Of a stretch of DNA of 64,000 nt, positions 30,126 through 40,456 are shown one piece after another. The stretch is from Polyangiaceae bacterium (lineage in GTDB: Bacteria; Myxococcota_A; Polyangia; Polyangiales; Polyangiaceae). Numbering within the stretch: the stretch's first letter is position 1; the number at the start of each line of letters is the position of its first letter. Below the pieces are notes generated by a model. That model ran no database searches, had not been told where the DNA came from, and saw nothing but the letters and a program-made list of their open reading frames with translations. A program made the translations under genes and the position numbers. Location: positions 224,001 through 288,000 of the forward strand of contig JBILLK010000006.1 in NCBI GenBank assembly GCA_044376115.1. Reading direction: 5' to 3'.

Positions 30126-30165
30126 GAGGCCCTTTTAGCTGAAGACGCGAACGGAAGCTCTTTCG

Positions 30166-31488
30166 CTACAGCAGGTTTGCCGCCAGCTCGGCGAGCTCGC
30201 TGCGCTCCCCCTTCGAGAGCACCACGTGAGCCGCGATCTTCTCGCGGCGAAAGCGCTCCGCCACGACCGAGAGGCCGTTGGAGGCGTGATCCACGTAGGG
30301 GTTGTCAATCTGCTGCGGATCACCCGTCAGGATGATCTTGGTGCCCTCGCCGCAGCGCGTGATGATGGTCTTCACCTCGTGCGGGGTGAGGTTCTGGGCC
30401 TCGTCGACGATCAAGTACTGGTTCGGCAGGCTGCGGCCGCGAATGTAGGTCAGCGGTTCAACCTGAATCGTTCCGCTCTCGAGCAGCTCCAAGAACCCGC
30501 GCGTATTGCGGCCGTTCTTCGCGTTGCCGTTGGAGAACAGAAACTCGAGGTTGTCGAAGATGGGTTGCATCCACGGGTTCAGCTTCTCGTCCACATCCCC
30601 CGGCAGAAAGCCGAGATCGCGCCCGAGCGGCATGATTGGCCGGGAGACCACCAAGCGCGAATAGGTGCCGTCTTCCGTCGTTCGCTTGAGGCCAGCGGCG
30701 ATGGCGAGCAGCGTCTTGCCGGTGCCGGCCTTGCCGAGCAAGGTGACGAGCCGGATCGAGTCGTCGAGCAGCACGTCGAGGGCGAAGGACTGCTCGCGGT
30801 TACGCGGCCGGATCCCGAGCACGCCCTCGCGCGAGACGCGCAGCGCGACGATCTGACCTTTACCCGCGTCGAAGCGACCCAGCGCCGTGTGCCCCGGCGA
30901 CTTCGCGTTGCGCAGCATGACCGCCGCGTTGGCGGCGATGTTGGGCGCGGTCTCGAGCGACAAGAAGCCGTCTTGGAAGAACGAGTCGATGTCGGCCTCG
31001 GGGACCTCCAGGTCGAGGAACGGTTGTTCCAGCGACTCGTCGTCGACACGCTGGTTTTCGTAGGTCTGCGAGACGATGCCGAGGGCGTCGGCGCGGATAC
31101 GCAGGTTCGTATCCATGGTCACGAAGATGGTCGGCTTGCCCTTGTCCTTGTCACGGACGTCGATCGCCGTTTGAAGAATGGCTTGGTCTTGCGAGGTCTT
31201 GTCGAAGCCGACGCCGAGCTGCGGACGCTTCTCGGGGATCAAGATGCGGAGCGTGCCGCCACCGTCGAGCGGTACGCCGCGCGCGAGCGAGCCTTCATCG
31301 CCGCGTTGCTCGTCGAGCAATCGTGAAATGGTGCGAGCGTTGCGGCCGCGTTCAGTGCCTTCGCGTTTGAACTGGTCGATCTCTTCGATCACGAAGATGG
31401 GAAGGACGACGTCGTTGTCCTCGAATTTGAAGATGGCGCGCGGGTCGTGGAGCAGGACGTTGGTGTCGAGGACGTAGTTCTTTTTCAT
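30166..31488 (-). CDS. PIN-PhoH fusion protein (PhoH2/YlaK-like)
   Basis: PIN YVLDTNVL, GKAGTGKT, LGFLPGD..EK, YIRGRS, IVDEAQNLT, GDP.QID. Confidence 0.93.
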   Translation of the reverse strand: MKKNYVLDTNVLLHDPRAIFKFEDNDVVLPIFVIEEIDQFKREGTERGRNARTISRLLDEQRGDEGSLARGVPLDGGGTLRILIPEKRPQLGVGFDKTSQDQAILQTAIDVRDKDKGKPTIFVTMDTNLRIRADALGIVSQTYENQRVDDESLEQPFLDLEVPEADIDSFFQDGFLSLETAPNIAANAAVMLRNAKSPGHTALGRFDAGKGQIVALRVSREGVLGIRPRNREQSFALDVLLDDSIRLVTLLGKAGTGKTLLAIAAGLKRTTEDGTYSRLVVSRPIMPLGRDLGFLPGDVDEKLNPWMQPIFDNLEFLFSNGNAKNGRNTRGFLELLESGTIQVEPLTYIRGRSLPNQYLIVDEAQNLTPHEVKTIITRCGEGTKIILTGDPQQIDNPYVDHASNGLSVVAERFRREKIAAHVVLSKGERSELAELAANLL

Positions 31489-32879
31489 GAGGGCCAATGC
31501 GATAGAGCGTCACGGGCTGCGTACTTGACGCATTCGGAGAGCGTTGGATAGTTGAACACTGCGGTGGAGAGGTCATCCACGGTGCCGCGCAAGACTACGG
31601 CGATCTGCCCGATGTGGATGAGTTCTGTTGCGCGGTCCCCAATGGCGTGAGCGCCGATGAGGACGCGCGTTTCTTGGTCGAAGACCAACTTCATGAAGCC
31701 GCCGGGCAGGCCGTTGATCTTTGCTCGGGCGTTTTTGTCGAAGTGCCCGTGCCCCGCAACGACGTGACGGCCCGCCGCAATGGCGTCCTCCTCGGACAGC
31801 CCCACGCAAGCGACCTCCGGGATGGTGTAGATGCCGTACGGCAGGATCTGAGCGACCGCACAAGCGGCACCTTGTGACTCAAAGGCGCAACTGACCGCTA
31901 CGCGGCCTTGTTCCATCGAGGTGGAGGCGAGGGCAGGAAAGCCGATCACATCGCCGACGGCGAGAATGCTGGGCACGCTGGAAACGTAGCGCTCATTCAC
32001 CGCGACGCTGCCGCGAGGCCCCATTTTTACCCCCACGGCCTCCAGGCCAAGCCCGGCTGTTCGGCCGCTGCGGCCGCCGCAGAAAAGCACCTTGTCACAT
32101 AGAACGGTGCTGCCTCCCGCGAGCTTGACCGCGAGCGCATCGCCGTCATGAATGATCGAGTCTTGCGCTTCCTTCAGCCGAACGTCGATGCCCATCTCCA
32201 CGAAGGCGACGCGCAACGCTTCACTCATGTCGCGGTCGAGAAAGGGCAGGAGCTCGTCGCGCTTGTCGACCAAGGTCACCTTGCAACCAAGCGATCCGAA
32301 GATGGAGGCGTATTCACAGCCGATGACGCCTGCGCCGAGGATCACCATGCGGGGCGGCATGTTGTCGAGCTGAAGGATCGTGTCGCTGTCCTCAACCTCT
32401 GCTTGATCCCACGGAATCTCGGCCGGGCGGTGCGGGACTGAGCCGGTGGCGATCAGTAGGAATTCACCCGTGACCTTGGATACGGCGCCGTCAGGCAAGG
32501 CAACGGTGACCTCGTGTGGGCCGGAAACGCTTGCGTGGCCGCGCATGAGCCGCACGTCGTGTTGCTCGTACTCCGCCAAGATGCGCTCGACCTCGAGCTT
32601 CTTGACCGCGGCTTTACGCGACAAAAGCTTCGGCACGAACAGGTGCTCGTCGATGGTGACGCCGACGCCGTACACCTCGCGTTGCTCACGACCCGAGAGG
32701 AAAACAGCGGTCTCGCGCAGCGTTTTGGAGGGCAGCGTGCCCGTGTGCACCGCTGCGCCACCAGGCTCTTTCTCGCGTTCAATCACGATGACGCGCTTTC
32801 CCATGAGGGCTGCCGTGACAGCGGCGCGCTCGCCTGCCGGGCCCGAACCGAGAACCACTAGATCGTAATCGTATTGCAC
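31485..32879 (-). CDS. sthA: Soluble pyridine nucleotide transhydrogenase
   Basis: GSGPAG, HTGTLPSKTLRE without redox Cys pair, GAGVIGCEYAS, GDVIGFPALASTSMEQGR, FNYPTL. Confidence 0.9.
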   Translation of the reverse strand: MQYDYDLVVLGSGPAGERAAVTAALMGKRVIVIEREKEPGGAAVHTGTLPSKTLRETAVFLSGREQREVYGVGVTIDEHLFVPKLLSRKAAVKKLEVERILAEYEQHDVRLMRGHASVSGPHEVTVALPDGAVSKVTGEFLLIATGSVPHRPAEIPWDQAEVEDSDTILQLDNMPPRMVILGAGVIGCEYASIFGSLGCKVTLVDKRDELLPFLDRDMSEALRVAFVEMGIDVRLKEAQDSIIHDGDALAVKLAGGSTVLCDKVLFCGGRSGRTAGLGLEAVGVKMGPRGSVAVNERYVSSVPSILAVGDVIGFPALASTSMEQGRVAVSCAFESQGAACAVAQILPYGIYTIPEVACVGLSEEDAIAAGRHVVAGHGHFDKNARAKINGLPGGFMKLVFDQETRVLIGAHAIGDRATELIHIGQIAVVLRGTVDDLSTAVFNYPTLSECVKYAARDALSHWPS

Positions 32880-33038
32880 GTGGAGGCGAGGGTAGTATCC
32901 CCGGTCCGCCAAGAGCAACAGCGAGCGAACCATGTCGAACGATCTACCTGTCCCCTGCTGCATCCAGTTCAGGATGAAGATGGGCGAGCGCTTTAATTCG
33001 GTAAAATCTTGGTGTGCCGGCTCTGGGAGGCCGTGACG

Positions 33039-34850
33039 ATGGGCCAGCTTCGTAAGAACCTCTTATCCTTCGCAGCAACGGCTGGGCACCGAGTCAAAGG
33101 GGCGATCGCGGTACTGACGCAGGACCCAGTACGTGAAACCGGCATCGTTCAGCGCATCGAGCACTGGGCGGCCAAGGATGGTGAGCGCGTCTTCGTCTCG
33201 TTCGAGAAGGAGCGATTGAGCTACCGAGAGATGGCCGGCCGCATTGCTCGCCGTTCGGCCACGCTCGCGAAAGAGGGGGTCAAGCGCGGGGACAGCGTCG
33301 TGTTGATGATGAGCAACCATCCGGCGTTTCTGGTCAATGCATGGGCCATATCCAGGCTCGGCGCAGTCGCCACGCTCATCAACACCAACCTAACCGGCGC
33401 GAGCCTGCGGCACGCACTGCTCTCGACCAAGCCACGGCTTTTCGTGGTTGGCCGGGAGTTCATAGGCACGGTAGCGGAGGCGCTCGAGGGTGAGCCCGCT
33501 CGCGTGTTGTGGGAGGAGACGCGTCCGGCGGAGGGCACCTCGACCGCCGATGCAGCTCCGCCCGAATTGGAGCTACCGAGGCTCGACGCCGAGGTGCGCG
33601 ACGTTCCTGACGCCGTGATCACACGGGGCGACGACCTTTACGTTTATATCTTCACCAGTGGGACGACGGGTCTACCCAAGGCCGGCCGCATCTCGCACGC
33701 ACGCTCGATGACCGCGGCCCACGGCTTCGGTGGCTTCACCCTCGGCTTGGGCCCGAGCGACGTGCTCTACGTGTGTCTGCCGCTCTTTCACAGCTCGGGG
33801 TTTCTCATCGGAGCTGGTGGCGTCGCCAACGCGGGCGCAACCATCGCCCTCGCGCGCAAGCTCTCGGTCAGTCGCTTCTGGGACGATGTTTGCGACTCAG
33901 GCGCCACAGCCTTCGTCTACATCGGGGAGATCTGCCGCTACCTGCAGATGGCTCCACCCCATCCCAAAGAGCGCATGCACAAGCTCACCCGCATGGTTGG
34001 AAACGGCATGCGGCCCGACGTCTGGAGAGAGTTCGTCAAACGCTTTGAGCCAGGGGTGGTGCACGAATTTTACGGCGCCACCGAGGGCAACGTGAACATG
34101 ACCAACCTGCTCGGGCGCGAGGGCTCGGTCGGGAGGATGCCGCCCTTCTTCTGGATGGATAACGCGTTCTTGGCCAAGTGGGACGCTGACAACGAGGTCC
34201 CGCTCCGCGATCCGAACGGGTTCTGTGTGCCCTGCAAACCAGGCGAGGTGGGTGAGCTGCTCGGCCGCATCGACGCCTCGCGACCGACGATGCGTTTTGA
34301 AGGGTATCTCGGGGAGGCGGCGACCAACGCCAAGATCCTTCGCGACGTGAAGGTGCGTGGCGACCAATACTTCCGCTCGGGCGACCTGCTCAAGAAGGAC
34401 CGCTGGGGCTTCTATTACTTCGTCGATCGCATCGGCGACACCTTCCGCTGGAAGGGCGAGAACGTATCGACCAACGAGGTAGCGGACGTTTGTGCGCAAG
34501 CCGAAGGGGTTGAGTTGGCCAACGTTTATGGCGTGAGTGTGCCCGGCGCGGACGGTCGGGCTGGAATGGTGGCGCTCTCGCTCCAAGCCGGTGCTCACTT
34601 CTCCCCGGAGCGCTTTTACGAGCACGTGATGAAGCGGCTGCCTCCGTACGCCGCTCCGCTCTTCGTACGGTTACTGCCGGAAGCCGTGGTCACGGCGACC
34701 TTCAAATTGCGCAAGGTCGATCTGCAGCGTGAAGGCTTTGACCCAGCGGTGACTTCGGATCTGCTCTTCTACCGAGACGACAAGAAGCGCTCCTTCGAAC
34801 CGATCACGAGTGAGCTCGTAGCTGCGGGAGAATGGCCCCCGCGCATTTGA
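33039..34850 (+). CDS. Long-chain acyl-CoA synthetase, FATP family
   Basis: YIFTSGTTGLPK, YIGEICRYL, GNGMR, EFYGATEGN, DRIGDTFRWKGENVST, GRAGM. Confidence 0.93.
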   Translation: MGQLRKNLLSFAATAGHRVKGAIAVLTQDPVRETGIVQRIEHWAAKDGERVFVSFEKERLSYREMAGRIARRSATLAKEGVKRGDSVVLMMSNHPAFLVNAWAISRLGAVATLINTNLTGASLRHALLSTKPRLFVVGREFIGTVAEALEGEPARVLWEETRPAEGTSTADAAPPELELPRLDAEVRDVPDAVITRGDDLYVYIFTSGTTGLPKAGRISHARSMTAAHGFGGFTLGLGPSDVLYVCLPLFHSSGFLIGAGGVANAGATIALARKLSVSRFWDDVCDSGATAFVYIGEICRYLQMAPPHPKERMHKLTRMVGNGMRPDVWREFVKRFEPGVVHEFYGATEGNVNMTNLLGREGSVGRMPPFFWMDNAFLAKWDADNEVPLRDPNGFCVPCKPGEVGELLGRIDASRPTMRFEGYLGEAATNAKILRDVKVRGDQYFRSGDLLKKDRWGFYYFVDRIGDTFRWKGENVSTNEVADVCAQAEGVELANVYGVSVPGADGRAGMVALSLQAGAHFSPERFYEHVMKRLPPYAAPLFVRLLPEAVVTATFKLRKVDLQREGFDPAVTSDLLFYRDDKKRSFEPITSELVAAGEWPPRI

Positions 34851-36145
34851 ACGTGCGTGCGTTCGCGTCGATGCTCGTTCTTGCTGCCTGCTCCGAACCA
34901 GTGGCGCGAGAGCGAGCCGCTAGCAGCGCCGCGACGCCCTCTGAGGACGCTGCGGCAGTGCTTTCGGTGGCGTCGGCGGGCCAGCTGGGCTCAACCACCA
35001 CAGCGACCGAGCCGCCGGTTGATCGCTGGGTCGAGCAGACGCTGCGCGCGGCAGACCCACGCTTCGCTGGCTGGATCGACGACGCGGAGAACCTGCGTTT
35101 ACAGGTGCTGGTGACTGAGGTCTCGCCAGACGGTCAAACCTGGATCAGCCACGGGTTTCGCGTAGACGCTGAGTACTTCTACCCGGCCAGCGCCATCAAG
35201 CCCTTCTTGGCCGTCGCGAGCTTGCGCGCGCTCGATGCGCGTGTGGCAGGGCAAATCCCGCTCGGGACGCGCATTCGTCGCTGTCAGCCGTTGCGTCCGG
35301 GGTGCGAGCCGCCGGAGCAAGATGAAGACAAGGAGGCCGAGTCGAGTGAGCCGGACTCCAAGCCAAAGCACGAGAAGCTCTACCTCGGCGAGGAGATCGC
35401 CAAGCTGCTCTCGTATTCGGACAACGACTCGTACAATCGGCTGTGGGACATCGTTGGGCATAGCGAGCTGAACGCGGCTGTGGCGGAGCTCGGCTTCTCG
35501 TCGATTCGGTTCCACCATCGCATGGACGCCCCCGCCGAGCGCTCGCGCAGCACCGTTCGGGTTCAGCTATTGCCGCCGTCGATGAAAGGGCTCGATTTGC
35601 CCGCCCGCAAGAGCTCCTTCGAGCCAGCGCCGACGCCGGCCGAGCGCTTGCTGATAGGGACGAGTTACTTCGATCGCGGTAAGCGCGTCGAAGAGCCGAT
35701 GAACTTCGCGCGGAAGAACTACGTGTCGCTCCGCGAGCTGCAACAGATGAACATGTCCTTGTTGTTCCCCGCGCGCGCCGAGGCCAAGCCGCTCAGCCTC
35801 TCCGAGCTCGAGCGCGAGCATCTGATCAAGGCGATGACGGCCAACCTCAGCAAGCCCGCCAATGCCGCCGAGCACCATCCACTTTCGGCCGGGGTCTTGG
35901 AGGTCATGCCGGACGCCAAGCAGCTGCGCATCGTGGGGAAGTCAGGCCGAGCGTACGGCTTTCACATCGACAATTCCTGGGTCGAGGACAAGAGTAGCAA
36001 GCGCGCGTTCTTCGTCACTGCAACCGTCTACGCCAATCCGGATGGCGTGCTCAACGATGACGACTACGCCTACGACGAGACGAGCAAGCCGCTGCTGCGC
36101 GCCCTCGGTGCGGCTCTGGCACGCAAAATATTGCTCGCTCCGTAA
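34847..36145 (+). CDS. Serine hydrolase lipoprotein, class A beta-lactamase-like fold
   Basis: Lipobox LAAC, YPASAIK (SxxK), SDN, KSG. Start uncertain (34832-34853). Confidence 0.8.
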   Translation: MNVRAFASMLVLAACSEPVARERAASSAATPSEDAAAVLSVASAGQLGSTTTATEPPVDRWVEQTLRAADPRFAGWIDDAENLRLQVLVTEVSPDGQTWISHGFRVDAEYFYPASAIKPFLAVASLRALDARVAGQIPLGTRIRRCQPLRPGCEPPEQDEDKEAESSEPDSKPKHEKLYLGEEIAKLLSYSDNDSYNRLWDIVGHSELNAAVAELGFSSIRFHHRMDAPAERSRSTVRVQLLPPSMKGLDLPARKSSFEPAPTPAERLLIGTSYFDRGKRVEEPMNFARKNYVSLRELQQMNMSLLFPARAEAKPLSLSELEREHLIKAMTANLSKPANAAEHHPLSAGVLEVMPDAKQLRIVGKSGRAYGFHIDNSWVEDKSSKRAFFVTATVYANPDGVLNDDDYAYDETSKPLLRALGAALARKILLAP

Positions 36146-36257
36146 GCCTGTTTGAGGGCACTTCCAGGAGCCCAAGCTGATAGCGTTACGCCACCACGCC
36201 TTGGCCTCGCGGCGATACGCGGCTAAGAGTTTGGCCCTGTTTTTTCGAGAGGTTCCA

Positions 36258-38006
36258 ATGCGCAGGTTGTTCGGTTCGCTTTCGGTTCTTGGTTTGGTGC
36301 TGATGCCGCGGGCAGCGGCAGCTCAACTGCTGTTCGAGGATCAGGGCACTGCGGTCTTGCCGCAGGGATGCAACGGCTCTGGCTGTTGGACGAACTATGC
36401 GCGCGCCGTGGACGTGGACGGAGACGCCGATCTCGATTTGGTGGCAGTCAACTGTGGAGGCTTCTTCTCGAACCCGCAGCCGCAACCGCTGATCGTGTGG
36501 ACGAACGACGGCGCTGGGAACTTCGTCGACGCCTCCAACATCTTCGGCTCGATCTCGGCGACCTTGCGTCAGGTCGCCTTCGGTGACGTTGACGGCGACG
36601 GAGACGTCGACATGGTGGCTCCCTCGGCGGGCAACGCGCAGCCCGATCGGCTGTTCATTCAGACTGCCCCAGGCGTTTACGCGGACGAGGCCTCTACGCG
36701 CTTACCGGCCAATAGTTCGAGCGACGCAGGCGCTGTTCGCTTGGGCGATCTGGATGGGGACGGCGATTTGGATCTAGTGGTGGCCGAGGGCTACCTCAAC
36801 GACGGCGCAGACCCAGCGAGCATTTATCTCAACGACGGGACCGGCAAGTTCACGCTCACGAACACCACGGTTCCGACGAGCAAGAACGGCGTGAATCCAG
36901 ACGATGTGGATCTCGCGGACATCGATGGCGATTTCGATCTCGATATCCTGATCAACTTTCACCAAGGTCAGAACTCGCTTTGGCGCAACGACGGCGCCGG
37001 CAACTTCGAGGACATCTCGGCGAATTTGCCTGGTCTCTCGGGTGGCGCCTTCCACTACGGTCCGGCCTTCTGTGACGTCGACAACGACGGCGATCTCGAT
37101 CTCTTCACCGACAACGCCTCAGCGGATGGCAGCTACCAAGAGCAGCTGGCGATCAACGATGGCAGCGGGAACTTCAGCGATGAAACCTCGCGCATCAGCG
37201 GCAACAGCTCGGCCGATGACAACCTGATCGCCTGCGTAGACTACGACTCCGACGGGGACTTCGACTTCATCGTCGGGTCGCTCGCGACCAATCATCGGGT
37301 CTTTCAGAACGACGGTCAGGGGAACTTCCAATTGGTGGCCAACGCGGTGGATGGTCCCACCGTGCCGAATCTGTGGCTCGAGATCGGCGATCTCAACGGG
37401 GACAAGCGCGCCGACCTTTTCGCCGTTCAAGGCGAGGGCAATCCGCAAACCGAGCGCCTGTACTTCGGCAACGCCAGCGTGGTCGAAGACAACCTGGCGC
37501 CGCGCGTGATCGCGATCGAGAACGTGGACCTATCTTCCGCTGCCGAAACGGTGGTGCGCTTCCGGCTTTCGGACAACGCGACCTCCGACGGCGGACCCCG
37601 CGTCGATCGCGCCTGGGTGCAGATCGGTAATCAGCAGATCGACGCAGAGTTCATCGGTGGCGACGTGTTTCGCGCAGTGGTCCCGGCGACGAGCGAGAGC
37701 GTGTTTACGGTGTGCTCTGCAGACGCTTCAGGCGTGACCGAGTGTGACGGTGGTGAAGGCGGCGGCGGCACTGGCGGAGGCAACGCTGGCGGTGCCGGTG
37801 GCGCCGGTGCTGGCGCGGCCGGCGGCGAGTCGCCGGGCTCTGGGCCTTCGGGCTCTGGTGGTTCGGGAGGCGCTGGTGGGTCGGATTCGGAGGGCGGCTG
37901 CGATTGTCAGTTACCGGCCCAATCGTCGACGCCGGGCCTCGCCCTGGGCGCTCTCGGCTTGCTGCTCGCGGCCATGCGCCGTCGCGCCGGCCGAGGTTCC
38001 AAGTGA
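36258..38006 (+). CDS. FG-GAP/VCBS repeat protein with MYXO-CTERM-like sorting tail
   Basis: About seven D.DGDGD.D repeats with NDG.G.F, Gly linker, GGCDC, hydrophobic helix and RRR. Confidence 0.9.
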   Translation: MRRLFGSLSVLGLVLMPRAAAAQLLFEDQGTAVLPQGCNGSGCWTNYARAVDVDGDADLDLVAVNCGGFFSNPQPQPLIVWTNDGAGNFVDASNIFGSISATLRQVAFGDVDGDGDVDMVAPSAGNAQPDRLFIQTAPGVYADEASTRLPANSSSDAGAVRLGDLDGDGDLDLVVAEGYLNDGADPASIYLNDGTGKFTLTNTTVPTSKNGVNPDDVDLADIDGDFDLDILINFHQGQNSLWRNDGAGNFEDISANLPGLSGGAFHYGPAFCDVDNDGDLDLFTDNASADGSYQEQLAINDGSGNFSDETSRISGNSSADDNLIACVDYDSDGDFDFIVGSLATNHRVFQNDGQGNFQLVANAVDGPTVPNLWLEIGDLNGDKRADLFAVQGEGNPQTERLYFGNASVVEDNLAPRVIAIENVDLSSAAETVVRFRLSDNATSDGGPRVDRAWVQIGNQQIDAEFIGGDVFRAVVPATSESVFTVCSADASGVTECDGGEGGGGTGGGNAGGAGGAGAGAAGGESPGSGPSGSGGSGGAGGSDSEGGCDCQLPAQSSTPGLALGALGLLLAAMRRRAGRGSK

Positions 38007-39661
38007 AGCCGCCGCGTTTGGTCGGTCCTGCGCTGACCGCGGCACGCCTTGCCGCTGAGTCGGGGCCAGCGGCGGCGGTGCTCAAGAACGTACTCTCGGA
38101 GAGCCTCGGGCTCGACAAGCTGAAGGCCGTTCCGGAGCATGACCGCTCGACGGTGCCGGTCACCAACGAGCCATTGGTTGCACGCGCAGAGAAGAAGCTC
38201 AGCGACGCGAAGCTCCCTCCGCCCAAAGGCCATTCGTGGCCGCGCACCTCTGCCGAGTTGCGCGCGGCCTATGCTGCCGGAACGGCTTCCGCTGAGGACA
38301 TCGGACGGCGCTCGCTCGCTTTCGTTCGGCGGCTCGAGGCGAACCGCGTGCACAACGTGCTGGCGGCGGAGCAAGAGAGCCGCACTCGGAGCGAGGCCGA
38401 AGAATCGGCGAAGCGGCATCGCGCGCGCGCGGCGCGTGGTCCGCTGGACGGCATCCCCTTCATCACGAAGGACGAACTCGATGTGCAGGGGCTCGCAACC
38501 CGGGTGGGGTCACGCTGTGAGTCCACCGCGCCCAAAGCGGCTGACTCTACGGTCGTGGAGCGGCTGCGAGCTGCGGGTGCCGTGTTCGTTGCCAAGACGG
38601 TCATGACGGAATGGGGCATGTCGCCGCTTGGTCAAAACCCGAACTTCAACATGCCGACGAACGCTCATCACGCCGAGCGTTGTCCCGGTGGCAGCAGCTC
38701 GGGCACGGCGGTGGGCGTGGCGCTTGGCGTGGCGCCGTTGGGCGTCGGTACCGACGGTGGCGGGTCGGTGCGCATTCCGGCTTCGCTCAACGGTCTCTTC
38801 GGTCTCAAAGCCACCTTTGGTCGCGTCAGCCGCGCAGGCAGTCTCAGCGGCACCGTCGGTCACGTCGGGCCCATTGCTTCGTCCGCCTGGGAGCTCGCCC
38901 ACTTTCTTGATGCCGTCTCGTCGACGCCAGACCGGCTTGATCCATCGACGTCGTGGGCGCGAAAGCCAGGTCCTGGTGGCTTTGGTGCGCGCCTCGGCGC
39001 GGGCGTCAAAGGGCTGCGTATCGGCGTTCCGGAGGCCGAGTGGTCCAGCGCTGCTCGCGATGTTGCAGAGGCCTGCAAACAGGCGCTATCCGCCCTTGAA
39101 CGTGAGGGAGCGGAGCTCGTATCGGTCAACATGCCGCTGGCGAACGTGGCCGCGCCGATCGGCTATCTCACCATCGGCAGCGAGATCCTTGCGGCTCATT
39201 GGCAGGACTTCGTTCACCGCCGTGAGCTGATGGGGGAGGACCTTCGGCTTTCTTTGGCGGTGCTCTCGAGCATCTCCGCGCACGAGTTCCTCGATGCCCA
39301 GCGTCTGCGTACGGCGCTGCGGCTCGAGTCGGCCAAGTTGCTCGAGGACGTGGACGTGATCGCGCTGCCCACCACCGCAACCACTGCCCCCGCTCTGCCG
39401 GTGGCCCAACGCGGGCGTGCGTTCTCGGATCCGGAGGCGATTGACGCCATGTGCCGCTTCAATTTCTTGGGCAACCTGACTGGGCTTCCAGCGGGGACCG
39501 CGCCGGTTGGACAAGACGTGGATGGCTTACCGATCGGCCTGCAGATCATCGGTGATGCTTGGGATGAAGCGATCGTGATCGGGGTGCTCGGCCACCTTGA
39601 ACGGCTTGAAGTTGCTCGCGTCCCGAGGCCCAAAGCGGCGCTCGATCTGCTCTCTCTGTGA
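38003..39661 (+). CDS. Amidase-signature family enzyme
   Basis: GPLDGIP..TKD, PGGSSSG, GTDGGGSVRIPAS, NLTGLPA, GLPIGLQ. GTGA overlap. Confidence 0.93.
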   Translation: MKPPRLVGPALTAARLAAESGPAAAVLKNVLSESLGLDKLKAVPEHDRSTVPVTNEPLVARAEKKLSDAKLPPPKGHSWPRTSAELRAAYAAGTASAEDIGRRSLAFVRRLEANRVHNVLAAEQESRTRSEAEESAKRHRARAARGPLDGIPFITKDELDVQGLATRVGSRCESTAPKAADSTVVERLRAAGAVFVAKTVMTEWGMSPLGQNPNFNMPTNAHHAERCPGGSSSGTAVGVALGVAPLGVGTDGGGSVRIPASLNGLFGLKATFGRVSRAGSLSGTVGHVGPIASSAWELAHFLDAVSSTPDRLDPSTSWARKPGPGGFGARLGAGVKGLRIGVPEAEWSSAARDVAEACKQALSALEREGAELVSVNMPLANVAAPIGYLTIGSEILAAHWQDFVHRRELMGEDLRLSLAVLSSISAHEFLDAQRLRTALRLESAKLLEDVDVIALPTTATTAPALPVAQRGRAFSDPEAIDAMCRFNFLGNLTGLPAGTAPVGQDVDGLPIGLQIIGDAWDEAIVIGVLGHLERLEVARVPRPKAALDLLSL

Positions 39662-39727
39662 AGTCAAAATAGTCGCCGACTCTCCCTCTTTTTTCGCCTT
39701 CTCGAAGAAGCGTCTTAAGAGGGGGGC

Positions 39728-40456
39728 ATGCGGACCTTCGCTCCCATTTTTGCCTCGCTCATCGGATTGGCGGTTGCCCTCCAGGGGTGCCACCGTGAGG
39801 ACTCTGCAGCCAAGGAGTCAGCCCCTGCAGAACCGCCGGCACTCGCCAAGCTCGAAGAAGCGAAGCCGCTTCCGGCGATCCCGGCGATCCCTGCGCCCAA
39901 GAAGCTCGACGCTCCTAGTCAGCCGGAAGCTAGCTCCGACGCTGCGGCCGAGGACGAAGAAGAGAGCGCAGATGAGCAGCCTGAAGAGGCGAAGCCAAAC
40001 AAGAAGCGACGCGCCTCCAAGGGCTCGCGGCGCCGCTCGCGCAGCCACTCAGAAGAAGAGACCGCCGAGGTCGCGAGCAACAAGGGCAGCAAGGTCAAGA
40101 GCAGCAAGGATGCTGTCGACGGGGCCCCGCTGAGCCTCAAGCGCATTCAGTTTGCGGAGGCGATCAAAGATCGCGAGCCGGTCGATCCCGAAGAGACCTT
40201 CTCGATGACCAACACGGGCAAGCTCTACGCCTTTCTCGAGCTTTCCAACCAGTCGGAAGAAGAAGAGAAGGTGACCGTCACTTTCGTCCCGCCGATGGGT
40301 GGTGCGACCAAGGTCACGCTCGATGTGGGTCCACAAAAACGCTGGCGTACCTGGGCGTTGCGCAAGGCCGTCTCCGCTCCCGGAACCTGGCGAGTGGTGG
40401 TGCGCGATAGTCACGGCAAGGAGCTCGGTAGCCGCACCTTCGAGGTTACGGAGTGA
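39728..40456 (+). CDS. Lipoprotein with C-terminal DUF2914-like domain
   Basis: Lipobox LQGC, charged linker, I.DREP...WRTW...PGTWRVVV..G..L....F.V. Confidence 0.75.
   Translation: MRTFAPIFASLIGLAVALQGCHREDSAAKESAPAEPPALAKLEEAKPLPAIPAIPAPKKLDAPSQPEASSDAAAEDEEESADEQPEEAKPNKKRRASKGSRRRSRSHSEEETAEVASNKGSKVKSSKDAVDGAPLSLKRIQFAEAIKDREPVDPEETFSMTNTGKLYAFLELSNQSEEEEKVTVTFVPPMGGATKVTLDVGPQKRWRTWALRKAVSAPGTWRVVVRDSHGKELGSRTFEVTE

Noticed and set aside
34847..36145. Bona fide beta-lactam resistance gene
   Set aside because: SxxK/SDN/KSG are present, but the protein is long, insert-rich and divergent. Only fold-level assignment is supportable.
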